Source: Escherichia phage tonijn
Sequence record: NC_049818.1
Reading direction: 5' to 3' (one strand)
Length of the DNA stretch: 51,627 bases
The notes under the pieces were generated by a model. It saw only the letters and a program-made list of their open reading frames with translations, was not told the DNA's origin and ran no database searches. The translations under genes were made by a program, and so were the position numbers. This document shows positions 18,144 through 28,572 of the stretch, piece by piece. Position 1 is the first letter of the stretch. Every line of letters begins with the position of its first letter.

Positions 18144-20883
18144 AGTTAAGAGTGGTAGGATTGTTGATTAGCTTTGACAGTAAATCTTTTAATTCTGCAA
18201 CCTCCTTTTCAAGTTTGCTTATGCGATCGTCACTTTCACGGCATACTTTCACAAGCAATCCAGTAACAGCGCCATAATCAACAGATAAGAATCTTTCCTC
18301 TCCAACTAACTGATTTCCATCCTTAGTTGGACCAGCAAGATCCGTGTACTGAGTGAATCCGCTAACCGCTTCCGGTATTGCCTCCATTACTTCTTGAGCA
18401 ATTACCCCAGCATAAGGTAAACCATTCTCCTTAAGCGTGTAAGTGTATCCGCTCATTTTGCGCAATGATTCAGTTGCGTTCTCAATCTCTTCAATGTTGT
18501 CCTTCAAGTCACGGTCTGACACCTGATTAAACGCCGTAGCTTGAGCAGCACCATTAACATTAAGAACGCGAGATCCATCTTTGTTTTGCTGAGCATAAAA
18601 AAGATAACCATTATCAAGTTTTGCCTCAATAACAGATGGTCTTCCTGTCGTATTTCCCCAAAGTGAAATTGTTGCATGTTGTGCCGATGTAGCCGAGTTT
18701 TCAAACCTGAATAATCTTCCGTTTGATCTTCTTACAACTGAAGCCGTGCCATCAACAAAAAATCCTCCACCTTTATTTTGCGTTACCGCGGTAATATCTC
18801 CAGCAACAACAACAGAGCTTCCACGCATATCATTATTGAAAACAACATCTGTACTATTGCCGGTTTTCCCTATGTAAAAAAGCCTTTTCCTTGTTGCATC
18901 TTCGCATGAATAATACAATGCCTGAGTTGTTCCGCTTGCAGATCCTCTAATTATATATCCGTTGTTTGCAGTTTCTACCACACTCCTTGATTTTGCAATA
19001 ATTGGTATTGATGAGTAAAAACCAGAATCATGAGAAAACCTTAAGATCTCGCTTGCTTTTGTGCTTTCAGCAACAGGATCACTAGCACCCCACTTGAAAA
19101 CAACGTCGGAAAATTTGAAATCAGCAGTTGGAACTATAACCTCGCATCTTTGAGCAACTCTAACTTTTACAGGAAACGCTCTCTTTTCTATATAGAATGC
19201 AGTATATCCGCCTTCATCACTAGTTCCAGACATCAAAACAGAATGAATTGATTTTTCGTTAGGATCATATTGCGAGAATGCGCCATATACGCATTGTTTT
19301 CTGTCGCTTGCACCAGATGATCTAATGTAACCAGTGAAAGTACATGAGTTCATTGGATCTGCGGCAAGTCCGCTTCTTGTCTGTATTGCAATCTCCGATC
19401 CAAGATACCGCAAATCATCTGTTGGCATTTTTATGATTATTGGATAATACTTCCCGTCAACAGCGCCTGACGGGGCATCAACAATAACCATATTTTCAAA
19501 TCCTGAGTATGGGATCTCAAGGTTTTCCCTTACTTCCTGTACTGTTGTCCCTCCAGTACCACCTTGACCAACTGCTAATGGTTGCCATTTGGACGTGTTT
19601 CTATTGTATACGCCCCACACACCCTTTTCAGCGTCCCTTACTTCAAAATAAGTCTGCCCACCTCCAGAGTAAAGACGCGTAACATCACCGCCTGCAATTT
19701 GATCTAATCTATCAATACCAAGATTGACCTTAGTTGTTTTCACATCTGTTACTGAAATTGCATTTCCTATTAAACTACCGTTAACGCTGAAATTCCCGTC
19801 AATATCAAGTCCAGCATACTTATTTATTGAGCTATCAGCATTTGACAAATGAAGCGTTAGCCATTCTTTGTTGTCTCCTCGTATTTCACCATAAACTCTA
19901 TAGCCAAGCCTTTTTTGCCCTGACGTATTATTAAGGTATCCTGTCAGAATGCCAGCGGCAGCTTGTTGAGCGTCATTATTACGAACAAGGTTAAGATTTT
20001 GAAATTGTGGACTGTTTCCATCTCCAAGACCTATTCTTGTTCTGTATGTGTTTGTTGACTCCTGAGCATAAAAAGCAAACCATGCTGACCATACTTGTCT
20101 TGTTGGATCGTACCATCTCGAATAAAAGTAACCCTGAGAATTGTAAGGCCTGTAAATTTGATGGCAGGCATCGTTACCGTTAGCCCTGTTTGAGATAACT
20201 TGCAAAGATCCGGCCAATTTTGCTGGATACCCCCTTTCAGGAGTAGCGAAAGCACTAGTACCTTGAAAGTAAAGACCAGCTTGCTCACCCTTAAGATTAT
20301 CTATGTTTGTCTCATCAAGATTAACCCATGATTGATAGTATGCGCTTAAATTCTTTCGTGAGACACCCTTATCAGCAAGATCATTAAGATTTTGAGACTT
20401 AACAAGAAAATTACCAGGTTGAATGCTTTCTGCATACTGCTTAGCTTTATCTTCGCTTGTTTTTGCAGCTTCCGCGCTTTGCTTTGCTGATTCAGCACCC
20501 TGTTTAACCTGATCTACAAGCTGTTTCAGGCTATCAATATCAAAATCTTTGAAAAACTCTATTGCTTCCTCAATAACAGTCTCTTTGCTTTGATAGTAAC
20601 GAAGTGTTTCCGCTACGTCCTGCGCCAACCCGTCAACCGTTAACGAGTCATGCAGCAAGATCAGGTAATTTGTCTTCTGGACTACCGCGCCGCCAGTAGT
20701 AATTGCGCGAATGCTTGTATCGCTAATCACTTCTGTGATCACGGCAGCCTGCAAAGGTTGAGTAAGAAAGAAAATAGTTGCACCTGGGCGAATCAAGGTT
20801 AATTGCTCACGCCATTTTGTGTCGTAACCAGTTACATAACCTTGCGCGTCCATAGACGCTTGGCCTTGTCTGTAAATTGCCAT
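18142..20883 (-). CDS. Tail fiber protein with C-terminal intramolecular chaperone (peptidase S74-like) domain
   Basis: ATG at 20881-20883 (complement) after AGGAGG; 913 aa; C-terminal [12 protein letters not shown] ... LEKEVAELK is the characteristic auto-cleaving chaperone motif of phage fibers. Confidence 0.7.
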   Translation of the reverse strand: MAIYRQGQASMDAQGYVTGYDTKWREQLTLIRPGATIFFLTQPLQAAVITEVISDTSIRAITTGGAVVQKTNYLILLHDSLTVDGLAQDVAETLRYYQSKETVIEEAIEFFKDFDIDSLKQLVDQVKQGAESAKQSAEAAKTSEDKAKQYAESIQPGNFLVKSQNLNDLADKGVSRKNLSAYYQSWVNLDETNIDNLKGEQAGLYFQGTSAFATPERGYPAKLAGSLQVISNRANGNDACHQIYRPYNSQGYFYSRWYDPTRQVWSAWFAFYAQESTNTYRTRIGLGDGNSPQFQNLNLVRNNDAQQAAAGILTGYLNNTSGQKRLGYRVYGEIRGDNKEWLTLHLSNADSSINKYAGLDIDGNFSVNGSLIGNAISVTDVKTTKVNLGIDRLDQIAGGDVTRLYSGGGQTYFEVRDAEKGVWGVYNRNTSKWQPLAVGQGGTGGTTVQEVRENLEIPYSGFENMVIVDAPSGAVDGKYYPIIIKMPTDDLRYLGSEIAIQTRSGLAADPMNSCTFTGYIRSSGASDRKQCVYGAFSQYDPNEKSIHSVLMSGTSDEGGYTAFYIEKRAFPVKVRVAQRCEVIVPTADFKFSDVVFKWGASDPVAESTKASEILRFSHDSGFYSSIPIIAKSRSVVETANNGYIIRGSASGTTQALYYSCEDATRKRLFYIGKTGNSTDVVFNNDMRGSSVVVAGDITAVTQNKGGGFFVDGTASVVRRSNGRLFRFENSATSAQHATISLWGNTTGRPSVIEAKLDNGYLFYAQQNKDGSRVLNVNGAAQATAFNQVSDRDLKDNIEEIENATESLRKMSGYTYTLKENGLPYAGVIAQEVMEAIPEAVSGFTQYTDLAGPTKDGNQLVGEERFLSVDYGAVTGLLVKVCRESDDRISKLEKEVAELKDLLSKLINNPTTLN

Positions 20884-20947
20884 TTGTAAAATCCTCCTAA
20901 ATAGCACTTTTTGCTAATGACAATGCAGATAATAGCATTTTCAAATG

Positions 20948-20975
20948 CAAAAAAAAACCCCGCATAAGCGGGGTA
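20948..20975 (-). terminator. Rho-independent terminator downstream of the primase gene
   Basis: The - strand reads ccccgcttatgcgggg followed by T9. Confidence 0.6.
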
Positions 20976-20989
20976 ATACTAGCGGAGTT

Positions 20990-21919
20990 TTATAGCAGTG
21001 ATTCGGGCTTGTAGAGTTTTCTTTCTACGCCCTGTTTAAAATTATCGTTAACAGGCATCATTATGTCAAGACCTCTTTCCTCTGCCGCGATTATCACATC
21101 ACGATCATCTTTCCGGCAGACTACGCGCATTCTTCTTTCTCCTTTATATCTATGCGCAACCATTTCAAGATTTGAAGGAGTAAAGCAGGCCCACACCTCT
21201 TGGCCAGTTGATAAATGAACATGCTGGGAATCAACCCAATCAAGGCACAAATATATCGTCTTATCTGTGCTACCTGTTTTAACAACAGACCCGCGCGTGT
21301 AGTCGCGAGCTAAAAACCAATCCTTTCCATCCTCATCAATGAAAAGCACGTTACACATTTCATCATCCAGCCCGTCATCATGCACCAAGTGACAAGGTAG
21401 CGCGTGAATGTATCGACCATCCTTGACGCCGCAATCATAATAACAATCTTCCGGCGGATATATCCCCTCATAAACGCTTAAGGGTGTGCGATCGAATTTT
21501 AATGTTTTTGCCATCACTTTTTCGCAGCATTCATGACTTGCCTGTTTCCCGAACGAGTAGCCAGAAGAACGTGAAGCGCGCTTGTTTGCTCTGATCCTGT
21601 AATCTTGTGGCACTTTGCCGAGGAAGCGGCCCAAAATGTTGATGGCCTCGCTGTAAGGTTCGCCAGTTAATTTCATTAACCAACCGATCCCCGTGTCGTT
21701 ACCGCATACGTTGCAGATCGCGCCGCCGTCGCCCTCTTCATTTAGCTTATCAGTCCATCTAAAACGATCCTTACCGCCGCAGTGCGGGCAAGGCTGATGC
21801 TTTTTGTTGAAAACATCGCTATGCAGTCCGCAAATGCTTTGTAGTGCTTCACGCCATAACCCCTTCATATATGGCAAAACATCTTCTTTCTGATAGGTCA
21901 TAAAGTTTTCAGTATTCAT
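20990..21919 (-). CDS. DNA primase (zinc-ribbon type)
   Basis: ATG 21917-21919 (complement) after GAGG; CPHCGGKDRFRW ... CNVCGN zinc-binding motif. Confidence 0.6.
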   Translation of the reverse strand: MNTENFMTYQKEDVLPYMKGLWREALQSICGLHSDVFNKKHQPCPHCGGKDRFRWTDKLNEEGDGGAICNVCGNDTGIGWLMKLTGEPYSEAINILGRFLGKVPQDYRIRANKRASRSSGYSFGKQASHECCEKVMAKTLKFDRTPLSVYEGIYPPEDCYYDCGVKDGRYIHALPCHLVHDDGLDDEMCNVLFIDEDGKDWFLARDYTRGSVVKTGSTDKTIYLCLDWVDSQHVHLSTGQEVWACFTPSNLEMVAHRYKGERRMRVVCRKDDRDVIIAAEERGLDIMMPVNDNFKQGVERKLYKPESLL

Positions 21920-21929
21920 AGCAACCTCA

Positions 21930-21966
21930 ATAAAAAAGCCCAGCAAATATTATCATTTCGCTGGGC
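21930..21966 (-). terminator. Rho-independent terminator
   Basis: The - strand hairpin gcccagcgaaatgataatatttgctgggc followed by T6. Confidence 0.5.
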
Positions 21967-21973
21967 CTTATCA

Positions 21974-22450
21974 TTAGCTATTCGTGCTGTTATCACCTTT
22001 GTAGAATCGTCCGCCTGGTTCGTAGTCTGAATTTTTGACTACGCGCAACATTTCGTATTTGTCGCAACGGGTAGTAAGAGGCTTGCCGTTAGAATCAAAC
22101 CGCAGATCTGGACGACAAAACGAGGCGCGGTATCCTTTGCATCCATTATATTTGTAGTCGTTATGCACCTTTTGTGCTCCAGCGGCTGAAATCATACCAC
22201 GCTTTCGCCATTGGTTAACAACTTGCTGAGATACGCGCAGACGTCGAGCCATAGCAGGAACGCCGCCGTAATACTCGATCAGAATGTCAAGGCGAGATTT
22301 CAGGCTTGCTTTTACCTCATCTCGCAGGATAAGAAATCCGGTTCGGTGTTTTCGTGGCTTTTTGTCTTTACCTCGTCGCGTTCCGTTGTTACCGTTAATA
22401 GTGCGCTTGTCGATCTCACCCGTAGACACTGCAATTCGTGCATCTTTCAT
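21974..22450 (-). CDS. Putative DNA-binding protein (HTH) with basic N-terminal region
   Basis: 158 aa; segment GGVPAMARRLRVSQQVVNQWRKRGMIS resembles a Cro/YdaS-type helix-turn-helix. Confidence 0.5.
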   Translation of the reverse strand: MKDARIAVSTGEIDKRTINGNNGTRRGKDKKPRKHRTGFLILRDEVKASLKSRLDILIEYYGGVPAMARRLRVSQQVVNQWRKRGMISAAGAQKVHNDYKYNGCKGYRASFCRPDLRFDSNGKPLTTRCDKYEMLRVVKNSDYEPGGRFYKGDNSTNS

Positions 22451-22461
22451 CTAGTCACCTC

Positions 22462-22510
22462 ATAGCATTTTTTGTTAAAACAGTTTATTGTAATGAGTCT
22501 ATTATATACT
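22462..22510 (+). promoter_or_regulatory. Conserved 20-bp element plus TATATA/TATACT, upstream of the helicase gene
   Basis: ATAGCATTTTTTGTTAAAAC at 22462-22481; -10-like hexamers at 22503-22510; ATG 22538. Confidence 0.45.
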
Positions 22511-22537
22511 CCAAATGGCATTTTTTAAAGGTTTAAG

Positions 22538-24535
22538 ATGATTCCAAATATCGAAAAACAAATATCAGCGTTAGGCGAGGCAGTAATAAAAAGCATCCAA
22601 GAGCGATTCACGGTTGGCAATATAGTGCCTTATCCTTATCAGTGCGTTGCGTATGCCGAGATCGCAAAGCGCATGAAAAACTATGAGCATCCTTTCTTTG
22701 TTAAGGCTTCTGTGTCGGCTGGTAAAACATTGATGTTTGCGATGGTTGCGGCGCAATGCCGCAAGATGGGATTGAAAATGATGGTCCTTGCTCGCCAGGC
22801 TGAAATTGTTGATCAGGATTCAGAAGAGATCAGCAATCTTGGCGTGCCAAACTCAATCTATTGCGCCGGACTGAAAACAAAAAGCGCATACTTTCCGATC
22901 GTAGTCGGTTCTGAGGGCACTGTAGTAAACGGATTGTTTAAGTCGTTAGGTGATTATGTTCCGCACGTTATCGGTATTGATGAATGTCACCAGGTGGATT
23001 GGGAGGATCTCGCCGACGCGATAGAAAATAATGAATCTTACCAGCAGATGACCACTAAGAAGGATTTGCCTGTACTGATTGGAGAAGAACAGCAATTTGA
23101 TTCCAATGGCGATCCAATGTTCGGAACAGGACGCACACAGTACACGGTAATAATCATGGAAATGATGCGCAGGTGTCGCGAGGCATACGGGCACGAATTG
23201 CGAATATTCGGTATGACTGGATCTGAGTTTCGCGGCGTGGTTCCAATACTGGTTGAAGATAAGAACAAAAAGGGATTCTGGCGTGAGCAGGTGACTAACA
23301 TAGACACAAACTACTTAATCAAATTCGGTTCTGTAGTGCCAACAAATTTCGGCGACGTAGGCGACCTGGGGTATGACCTTTCAGAGTTCGAAGCCAGTAG
23401 CGAGGATGGCGTTTCAGACTTTGACGCTAAAACATTGCGCAAGATGGAAGAAAAGATCCATCAAGACGCAACAATGACACAGAAAATCATGGCTAAAGTC
23501 CATGAGATATGCAAAGACAGGAACGGAGTTTTAGTTACATGCGCAGGGGAAAGGCACTGCAAGGAGGCAGCCGCCGCACTGCCGCCAGGCGTTGAATACA
23601 GGATCATAACTGGCAAGACTGGAGATAATCAGCGTAAAGAGTGGCTGAGGGAGGCATACGAGGGAAAAGTAAAATACATCTTCCAGGTACAGGCGCTTAC
23701 CACTGGCGTTAACGTTCCGTTTTGGGATACTTCTGTAATACTGAGAAAGATAGGATCTCTAACATTGCTAATCCAGCTTTTGGGGCGCGGTATGCGACTG
23801 CTTAAGCAATGGCACATTGAGCAGGGATTCAAGAAAAAAGATCATCTTGTATTGGATTTTGCCGGTACTATGGATGAGTTAGGGGATTTGTATTTCGATC
23901 CAATCCTTGAGCAAGCGCAATTCCAAAAGAGATTTACAAACGGGAAAGAGCCTAAGACTTGTCCGATATGTGGAACGCTAAACAGCTTTTACGCTCGCCG
24001 ATGTATGCACGTAGACGATAACGGGAAGAGATGCGAGCATTTTTGGACTTACAGAATTTGCGAGGACCAGGTAGATCCGAGAACGAAAAAGATAATCAAG
24101 CGCGGTTGCGGAACAAAAAACGACGTGGTGGCGAGGGTGTGCCGTTGTTGCGATATTTCTCTTGTCGATCCTAACGAGAAGTTAAGCGGTAAGCACTACA
24201 CAAAAAACGATTGGTGCAACGTTAAATCTTTCCGCGTTGATATGACTAAAAATCAGAAAGGAATTGTTTTTTGCTATGAGCTTGAGGCCAACGGCGACAC
24301 GTTCAAGGCATACGAAAGATTTTTCCCTGAGTCAGAAAGCAACATTTGCCGGACGATATGGAGAAAAATAGCATTGCAGCACATACCGGATCGCAAGATT
24401 GCTGGTATGGTGGCGAGCTATAGAAATGCGCGTAAAATAATGTCATACGCTCATCACATCATGCCGCCTGTACGCGTAACGCACCGCAAAAACGGCAAAG
24501 GTGAGGATAACATTGCAAAACGGGAGTTTGTTTAA
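22538..24535 (+). CDS. SF2 ATP-dependent helicase (DEAH-type)
   Basis: Walker A VSAGKTL, motif II IGIDECHQ; 665 aa with C-terminal Cys-rich region. Confidence 0.7.
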   Translation: MIPNIEKQISALGEAVIKSIQERFTVGNIVPYPYQCVAYAEIAKRMKNYEHPFFVKASVSAGKTLMFAMVAAQCRKMGLKMMVLARQAEIVDQDSEEISNLGVPNSIYCAGLKTKSAYFPIVVGSEGTVVNGLFKSLGDYVPHVIGIDECHQVDWEDLADAIENNESYQQMTTKKDLPVLIGEEQQFDSNGDPMFGTGRTQYTVIIMEMMRRCREAYGHELRIFGMTGSEFRGVVPILVEDKNKKGFWREQVTNIDTNYLIKFGSVVPTNFGDVGDLGYDLSEFEASSEDGVSDFDAKTLRKMEEKIHQDATMTQKIMAKVHEICKDRNGVLVTCAGERHCKEAAAALPPGVEYRIITGKTGDNQRKEWLREAYEGKVKYIFQVQALTTGVNVPFWDTSVILRKIGSLTLLIQLLGRGMRLLKQWHIEQGFKKKDHLVLDFAGTMDELGDLYFDPILEQAQFQKRFTNGKEPKTCPICGTLNSFYARRCMHVDDNGKRCEHFWTYRICEDQVDPRTKKIIKRGCGTKNDVVARVCRCCDISLVDPNEKLSGKHYTKNDWCNVKSFRVDMTKNQKGIVFCYELEANGDTFKAYERFFPESESNICRTIWRKIALQHIPDRKIAGMVASYRNARKIMSYAHHIMPPVRVTHRKNGKGEDNIAKREFV

Positions 24536-24954
24536 TGGCTATAACTGATAAAGGCGATTATCTTGAGTTTTACGAAAGAGATCCAACCGACACTAGAAAG
24601 GAAGTTAATCACCAGATAGATAGTTTTCAGTGGTTGACTTATGCTCATCCTTATTTGCTGGCGTGGCATACGGTAAACGAGAATGAGAAGTCTAAAGCAA
24701 CGGCGATGATTGATCAGCAGTCCGGCTTGGTTAAGGGAGTAAGCGATTTCATCATCCTGATTGGCTTAAACGGAAAATACCCCTTTGCGGCGATTGAGAT
24801 CAAACGAGTGAATAAATCAGGCAAGGGGAAAGCATCACCAGTCAGCGATGAACAAAAGGCTTTTTTGCGTCGCGTTCGCAGCTTAGGAGGATTCGCTGCG
24901 GTAGCCTACGGATTCAATCAGTTTAAGTTGGCTATTGAATACATGCTTAAATAG
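24535..24954 (+). CDS. VRR-NUC-type nuclease (putative)
   Basis: 139 aa; GVSDFIILI ... AIEIKR pattern consistent with a PD-(D/E)XK VRR-NUC core. Confidence 0.45.
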   Translation: MAITDKGDYLEFYERDPTDTRKEVNHQIDSFQWLTYAHPYLLAWHTVNENEKSKATAMIDQQSGLVKGVSDFIILIGLNGKYPFAAIEIKRVNKSGKGKASPVSDEQKAFLRRVRSLGGFAAVAYGFNQFKLAIEYMLK

Positions 24955-24995
24955 CACTTTTTGTTAAAACTGGCGCGATGGATTGCGCCATAATT
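24949..24995 (+). promoter_or_regulatory. Conserved 20-bp element, GC dyad and ATAAT; stop codon of the upstream gene embedded
   Basis: AAATAGCACTTTTTGTTAAAAC 24949-24970, dyad ggcgcgatggattgcgcc, then cATAATt. Confidence 0.5.
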
Positions 24996-25034
24996 CAATA
25001 ACACGAGATGGCTTTTAATAGCGGAGAAATGAAA

Positions 25035-25760
25035 ATGGCTAAAGATATTTTAGATAAAGACACCCATGACGCATTCGTTAGCTTTGAGCAGTTGGAGAGA
25101 GAAACGTTTATAGGGAATGCCCTTGCAACTGGAGGCCATTACCAGGCAGTAAAGCCAAATCAATATTATAAGGTAAGTGGCAACCGATACGCTGGAAGCA
25201 CCACGCCGGACGTTGTGCGCGATATGTGGAGCACGCCTCAAGAGATTGTGGAGTGGATGGAATCAGAATTTGGTGAATACGATCTCGACGCGGCAGCAAG
25301 CCAGGAAAACGCAGTTTGCGAGAAGTTCTATAGCAAGGAAACAAACTGCTTAAAGCGTTGGTGGGGTAGCAACAAGCACGTATGGCTTAACCCGCCGTAC
25401 AGCAACCCAACTCCATTTATCAAGAAAGCAATTGAGCAAATGGAGCACAACAACCAAATTGATGTTTTGTTGCCAGCCGACAACTCTACAGCATGGTTTT
25501 ATGAGGCGCAGAAAAACGCGGCTGAAATCATCTGGATCACTGGCGAGGTTTACGAAGAGGGTGGAGTAGAATACTCCCGCACCGGAAGAATCGCCTTTGT
25601 GTCTGGATTGACTGGCGAGCCTGTACAGGGCAACAACAAGGGGAGCGTGATTTTTGTCATGCGAAAACTTAAAGAAGGCGAGGAGCAGAAAACGCGATAC
25701 GTTAAGATCAGCGATATTTGCCCTTCTGTAACCGAACGCCGCGCGCGCAAACGGAGCTAA
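25035..25760 (+). CDS. DNA N6-adenine methyltransferase (phage Dam-type)
   Basis: NPPY catalytic motif (HVWLNPPYSN); start chosen at the third ATG, 8 nt after GGAG; alternative starts 25008 or 25029. Confidence 0.6.
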   Translation: MAKDILDKDTHDAFVSFEQLERETFIGNALATGGHYQAVKPNQYYKVSGNRYAGSTTPDVVRDMWSTPQEIVEWMESEFGEYDLDAAASQENAVCEKFYSKETNCLKRWWGSNKHVWLNPPYSNPTPFIKKAIEQMEHNNQIDVLLPADNSTAWFYEAQKNAAEIIWITGEVYEEGGVEYSRTGRIAFVSGLTGEPVQGNNKGSVIFVMRKLKEGEEQKTRYVKISDICPSVTERRARKRS

Positions 25761-25764
25761 CACG

Positions 25765-26022
25765 ATGAAAAAAGAGAGAAGCGTTTATTTAAATGAAACT
25801 GGCGAATGGTTGTTATTTCGCGCTATGGTGTGCGATGCACTTGATAAAAATCCTAACGTGAAAAAGATGATTGATTGCGATCCGTGGGAATTTTCAAGCG
25901 CATTAGATATGAGCTTTGAGGAGACAAGAAAACTCCCGCTTGAAAAATGGCACGAACAAATCAGAAATGACATGCAAGAGTTTGTTGATTCGTGGAATTT
26001 TCAGCACGGAATGATCCACTAA
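25765..26022 (+). CDS. Hypothetical protein
   Basis: 85-aa ORF; stop embedded in the 20-bp element. Confidence 0.45.
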   Translation: MKKERSVYLNETGEWLLFRAMVCDALDKNPNVKKMIDCDPWEFSSALDMSFEETRKLPLEKWHEQIRNDMQEFVDSWNFQHGMIH

Positions 26023-26066
26023 TAGCACTTTTTGTTAAAACGCCCGGCCTAGTGTCGGGCATAATT
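26021..26066 (+). promoter_or_regulatory. Conserved 20-bp element plus hairpin plus ATAATT; left arm of an inverted pair with 29240..29283
   Basis: AATAGCACTTTTTGTTAAAACgcccggcctagtgtcgggcATAATT. Confidence 0.5.
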
Positions 26067-26098
26067 ATTTCAACGAAGCAAACATGAGGAAATAAAAA

Positions 26099-26278
26099 AT
26101 GGTGGTATTCGATAAACGCGCTTTTAATCTTGCTCAAGAAGTAGCAAAAGGTTCAGTGGATGGCGGTTCAAAGGAAGGGTTCCAGTTTGATTGGGAGATC
26201 GCAATGTTTTTACTGAAAGTTGCATACGGTCACGCGCCAATTGAACAAGCGGAGGCATATTATAAGCATGAAGGTTGA
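26099..26278 (+). CDS. Small hypothetical protein (59 aa), below the ORF-track size cutoff
   Basis: ATG 26099 with GAGG 26086-26089 downstream of the element/-10; stop TGA 26276-26278. Confidence 0.4.
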   Translation: MVVFDKRAFNLAQEVAKGSVDGGSKEGFQFDWEIAMFLLKVAYGHAPIEQAEAYYKHEG

Positions 26279-26510
26279 GCAAGGGAGAGAGGCGGTATGG
26301 AATCACGCTAAAGAATGCGGTATTGCCGACGATATAAAGAAGATCGCGCAATACTTTGATATTGCAGATGTGAGCATAATTAGCGGTGATAAGATGACTT
26401 TCCTCAAGGAAAGGCCGCGAAAAATGGTAAGAGTTCCAGCAGTTCCAACAAAAATTGATTTCAAAGAGGCAATGGCTAAAATCCGAGAGCCTCGCAAATA
26501 TTATAAATGA
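26267..26510 (+). CDS. Hypothetical protein
   Basis: ATG 26267 eleven nt after GGAGG; in frame with track ORF 26220..26510. Confidence 0.45.
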
Positions 26511-26604
26511 GGATAGTTATCATGTGGCGCTTGTTTGTTCTACCGTTACCCGTTATCATCGCTGTTACAGTTATGTACCATATAGTAATGAGATAGGTAG
26601 CAGA

Positions 26605-27720
26605 ATGAAAAATGTAAAAATTACAGATGAGCAATTCAAGATCGAACGGGCGGCAGGTAAGACATATAAACAGATCGCTCAAGAGTACGGAATGAATGTG
26701 AGAAGCGTCGAGCGTCGCGCGGCGCGTCTTGCAAAGCAAGGACAGTTATCGACCATTGGAGCGCCTGGTTTTGGTGTTCATGGTGAGTCAGTAATGACCG
26801 ACAAAGAAGGCAACATAATCCTCAAGTGGACCAAAACCAGCAAGGACAAAGAGCAATTAGAAGCATTGATGCGCGCAGCAATGGAGGCGTTTAGCGAGGA
26901 AGTGCCGCGATTAGATCCAGTTCCATTGCAGGAGCGTGACTATAATGAAACGCTTTCATTGTATCCGATCTTTGACATGCACTTAGGCGCTATGGCCCAT
27001 AAGCACGAATGCGGCGAAAATTGGGATACTGCGACGGCGGAGCGCGTTATGAATAACTTTATCGACTATGCTTTGATGTGCGCACCTGACAGTGAAAAGG
27101 CTGTTATCCTGATTGGTGGCGACATGCTTCATAGCGATGGCCTGGAGGCTGTGACCCCTGCAAGCGGTCACGTACTTGATCAAGATAGCCGATATGCAAA
27201 ATTGGTTTACGTTGCAATACGTGCAATGCGCCGCGCAATTAATAAAATGCTGTTAAAGCATAAACATGTTGAGGTCCAGATCGTTGAGGGCAATCACGAC
27301 CAATCAGGAATGATTTGGCTACGCGCAGCAATGGCGGCAGCATATGAGAACGAGCCGCGCGTTTACGTTGATGTTTCTCCTCGCGTTGTTCACCACACGC
27401 AATACGGAAAAACTTTCCTTGCGTACCATCACGGGCACACAGTGCGTAAACCGGAGACTTTGCTAATGATGTGCGCGTCAGATTGGCGGGAGGACTTCGG
27501 AAACTCAAAAACGATGTATGCGCACGTAGGGCACTGGCATCACCAGACCGTGACGGAAACGTCGCTTGGGATCGTGGAGGTACATAGCACCCTGGCGGCA
27601 AAAGACGCATACGCCGCGCGCGGTGGCTGGAGATCTCGACGCCGTGCGGCGGTTATCATTTACGACAAAGAGCATGGAGAAGTCGGGCGATTTGTTCACT
27701 ATCCAGAAATGATGAATTGA
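26605..27720 (+). CDS. Calcineurin-like metallophosphoesterase with N-terminal HTH domain
   Basis: Metallophosphatase motifs in order: DMH, GGDMLHSD, EGNHDQ, YHHGH, GHWHH; N-terminal YKQIAQEYGMNVRSVERRAARL looks like a helix-turn-helix. Confidence 0.6.
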   Translation: MKNVKITDEQFKIERAAGKTYKQIAQEYGMNVRSVERRAARLAKQGQLSTIGAPGFGVHGESVMTDKEGNIILKWTKTSKDKEQLEALMRAAMEAFSEEVPRLDPVPLQERDYNETLSLYPIFDMHLGAMAHKHECGENWDTATAERVMNNFIDYALMCAPDSEKAVILIGGDMLHSDGLEAVTPASGHVLDQDSRYAKLVYVAIRAMRRAINKMLLKHKHVEVQIVEGNHDQSGMIWLRAAMAAAYENEPRVYVDVSPRVVHHTQYGKTFLAYHHGHTVRKPETLLMMCASDWREDFGNSKTMYAHVGHWHHQTVTETSLGIVEVHSTLAAKDAYAARGGWRSRRRAAVIIYDKEHGEVGRFVHYPEMMN

Positions 27721-27764
27721 TGAATTTTTATTTAAATCAATGACAAATTAAATCAAAAACTTGC

Positions 27765-27795
27765 AAAGGGGCGGCGTTTGTCGCCTCTTTTTTTT
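27765..27795 (+). terminator. Rho-independent terminator
   Basis: Imperfect hairpin aggggcggcg/gtcgcctct followed by T8. Confidence 0.5.
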
Positions 27796-27865
27796 GTTTA
27801 ATTTTTTACCATGTGCGTTTATCATGCGGTCAATATATTGACTTTAATTAATATGGAGAATAAAA

Positions 27866-28081
27866 ATGAAAGATTTTATTAACGCAGCTACCGCCGGATC
27901 TGGCGGTTCATCTATCGCAAGCGCCGCTACAGGGCAGTTAACCATTGCTATTGCCAGTTTTGTTTTAATGGCTGCATTCGGTGCGTGGGGCGCTTACCTT
28001 CGCTGGCGTGATAGTAAAAAATTCCACGAGGCGATCGAAAAAGGTGATATTCAAAAAGCTATTGAAATCAGGGGCAAGTAA
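27866..28081 (+). CDS. Holin (putative pinholin)
   Basis: 71 aa, hydrophobic segments and charged C-terminus; immediately upstream of the endolysin. Confidence 0.55.
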   Translation: MKDFINAATAGSGGSSIASAATGQLTIAIASFVLMAAFGAWGAYLRWRDSKKFHEAIEKGDIQKAIEIRGK

Positions 28082-28572
28082 TGAGCATAAAGAACAAGGT
28101 AGCGGCTGCGGCCTTTGGCGTTGCGGTTGCCTTGACTTCTCCACTTCTTGAAGAGATCGAAGGGGTAAGATACAAGCCATACAAAGATATTGCGGGAATA
28201 TGGACGGTTTGCGCAGGAATCACCGGACCAGATGTTATCCTGGGGAAAACGTACACTAAAAAAGAGTGTGATGCTTTGTTGGCTAAGCATATCCAGGTTG
28301 CTAAAAAGGAAGTTGACAAGCAAGTTAAGGTTGACATTCCTGATAGTATGCGTGCAGCAATGTACTCATTCACTTACAATGCAGGTGTGGGAGCTTTCAG
28401 AAATTCAACAATGCTGAAACTCATCAACCAGGGGAAATTAAACGAGGCTTGCGATCAGCTTTATCGTTGGACGTATTACCATAACCCCAAAACAGGAAAG
28501 CGCGAGAAGTCTAAAGGCTTACTTAACAGGCGCAAGGTCGAATACAAATATTGCACAATGGATCTGAAATGA
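28081..28572 (+). CDS. SAR endolysin (lysozyme with N-terminal signal-anchor-release domain)
   Basis: N-terminal weakly hydrophobic Ala/Gly-rich segment, then [22 protein letters not shown] resembling a T4-lysozyme-type catalytic E-D-T region. Confidence 0.7.
   Translation: MSIKNKVAAAAFGVAVALTSPLLEEIEGVRYKPYKDIAGIWTVCAGITGPDVILGKTYTKKECDALLAKHIQVAKKEVDKQVKVDIPDSMRAAMYSFTYNAGVGAFRNSTMLKLINQGKLNEACDQLYRWTYYHNPKTGKREKSKGLLNRRKVEYKYCTMDLK

Noticed and set aside
21974-22450. HTH protein as a lysogeny repressor
   Set aside because: No integrase, excisionase or attachment-site-like structure anywhere in the window and no divergent repressor/cro architecture; more likely a transcription or replication regulator of a virulent phage.
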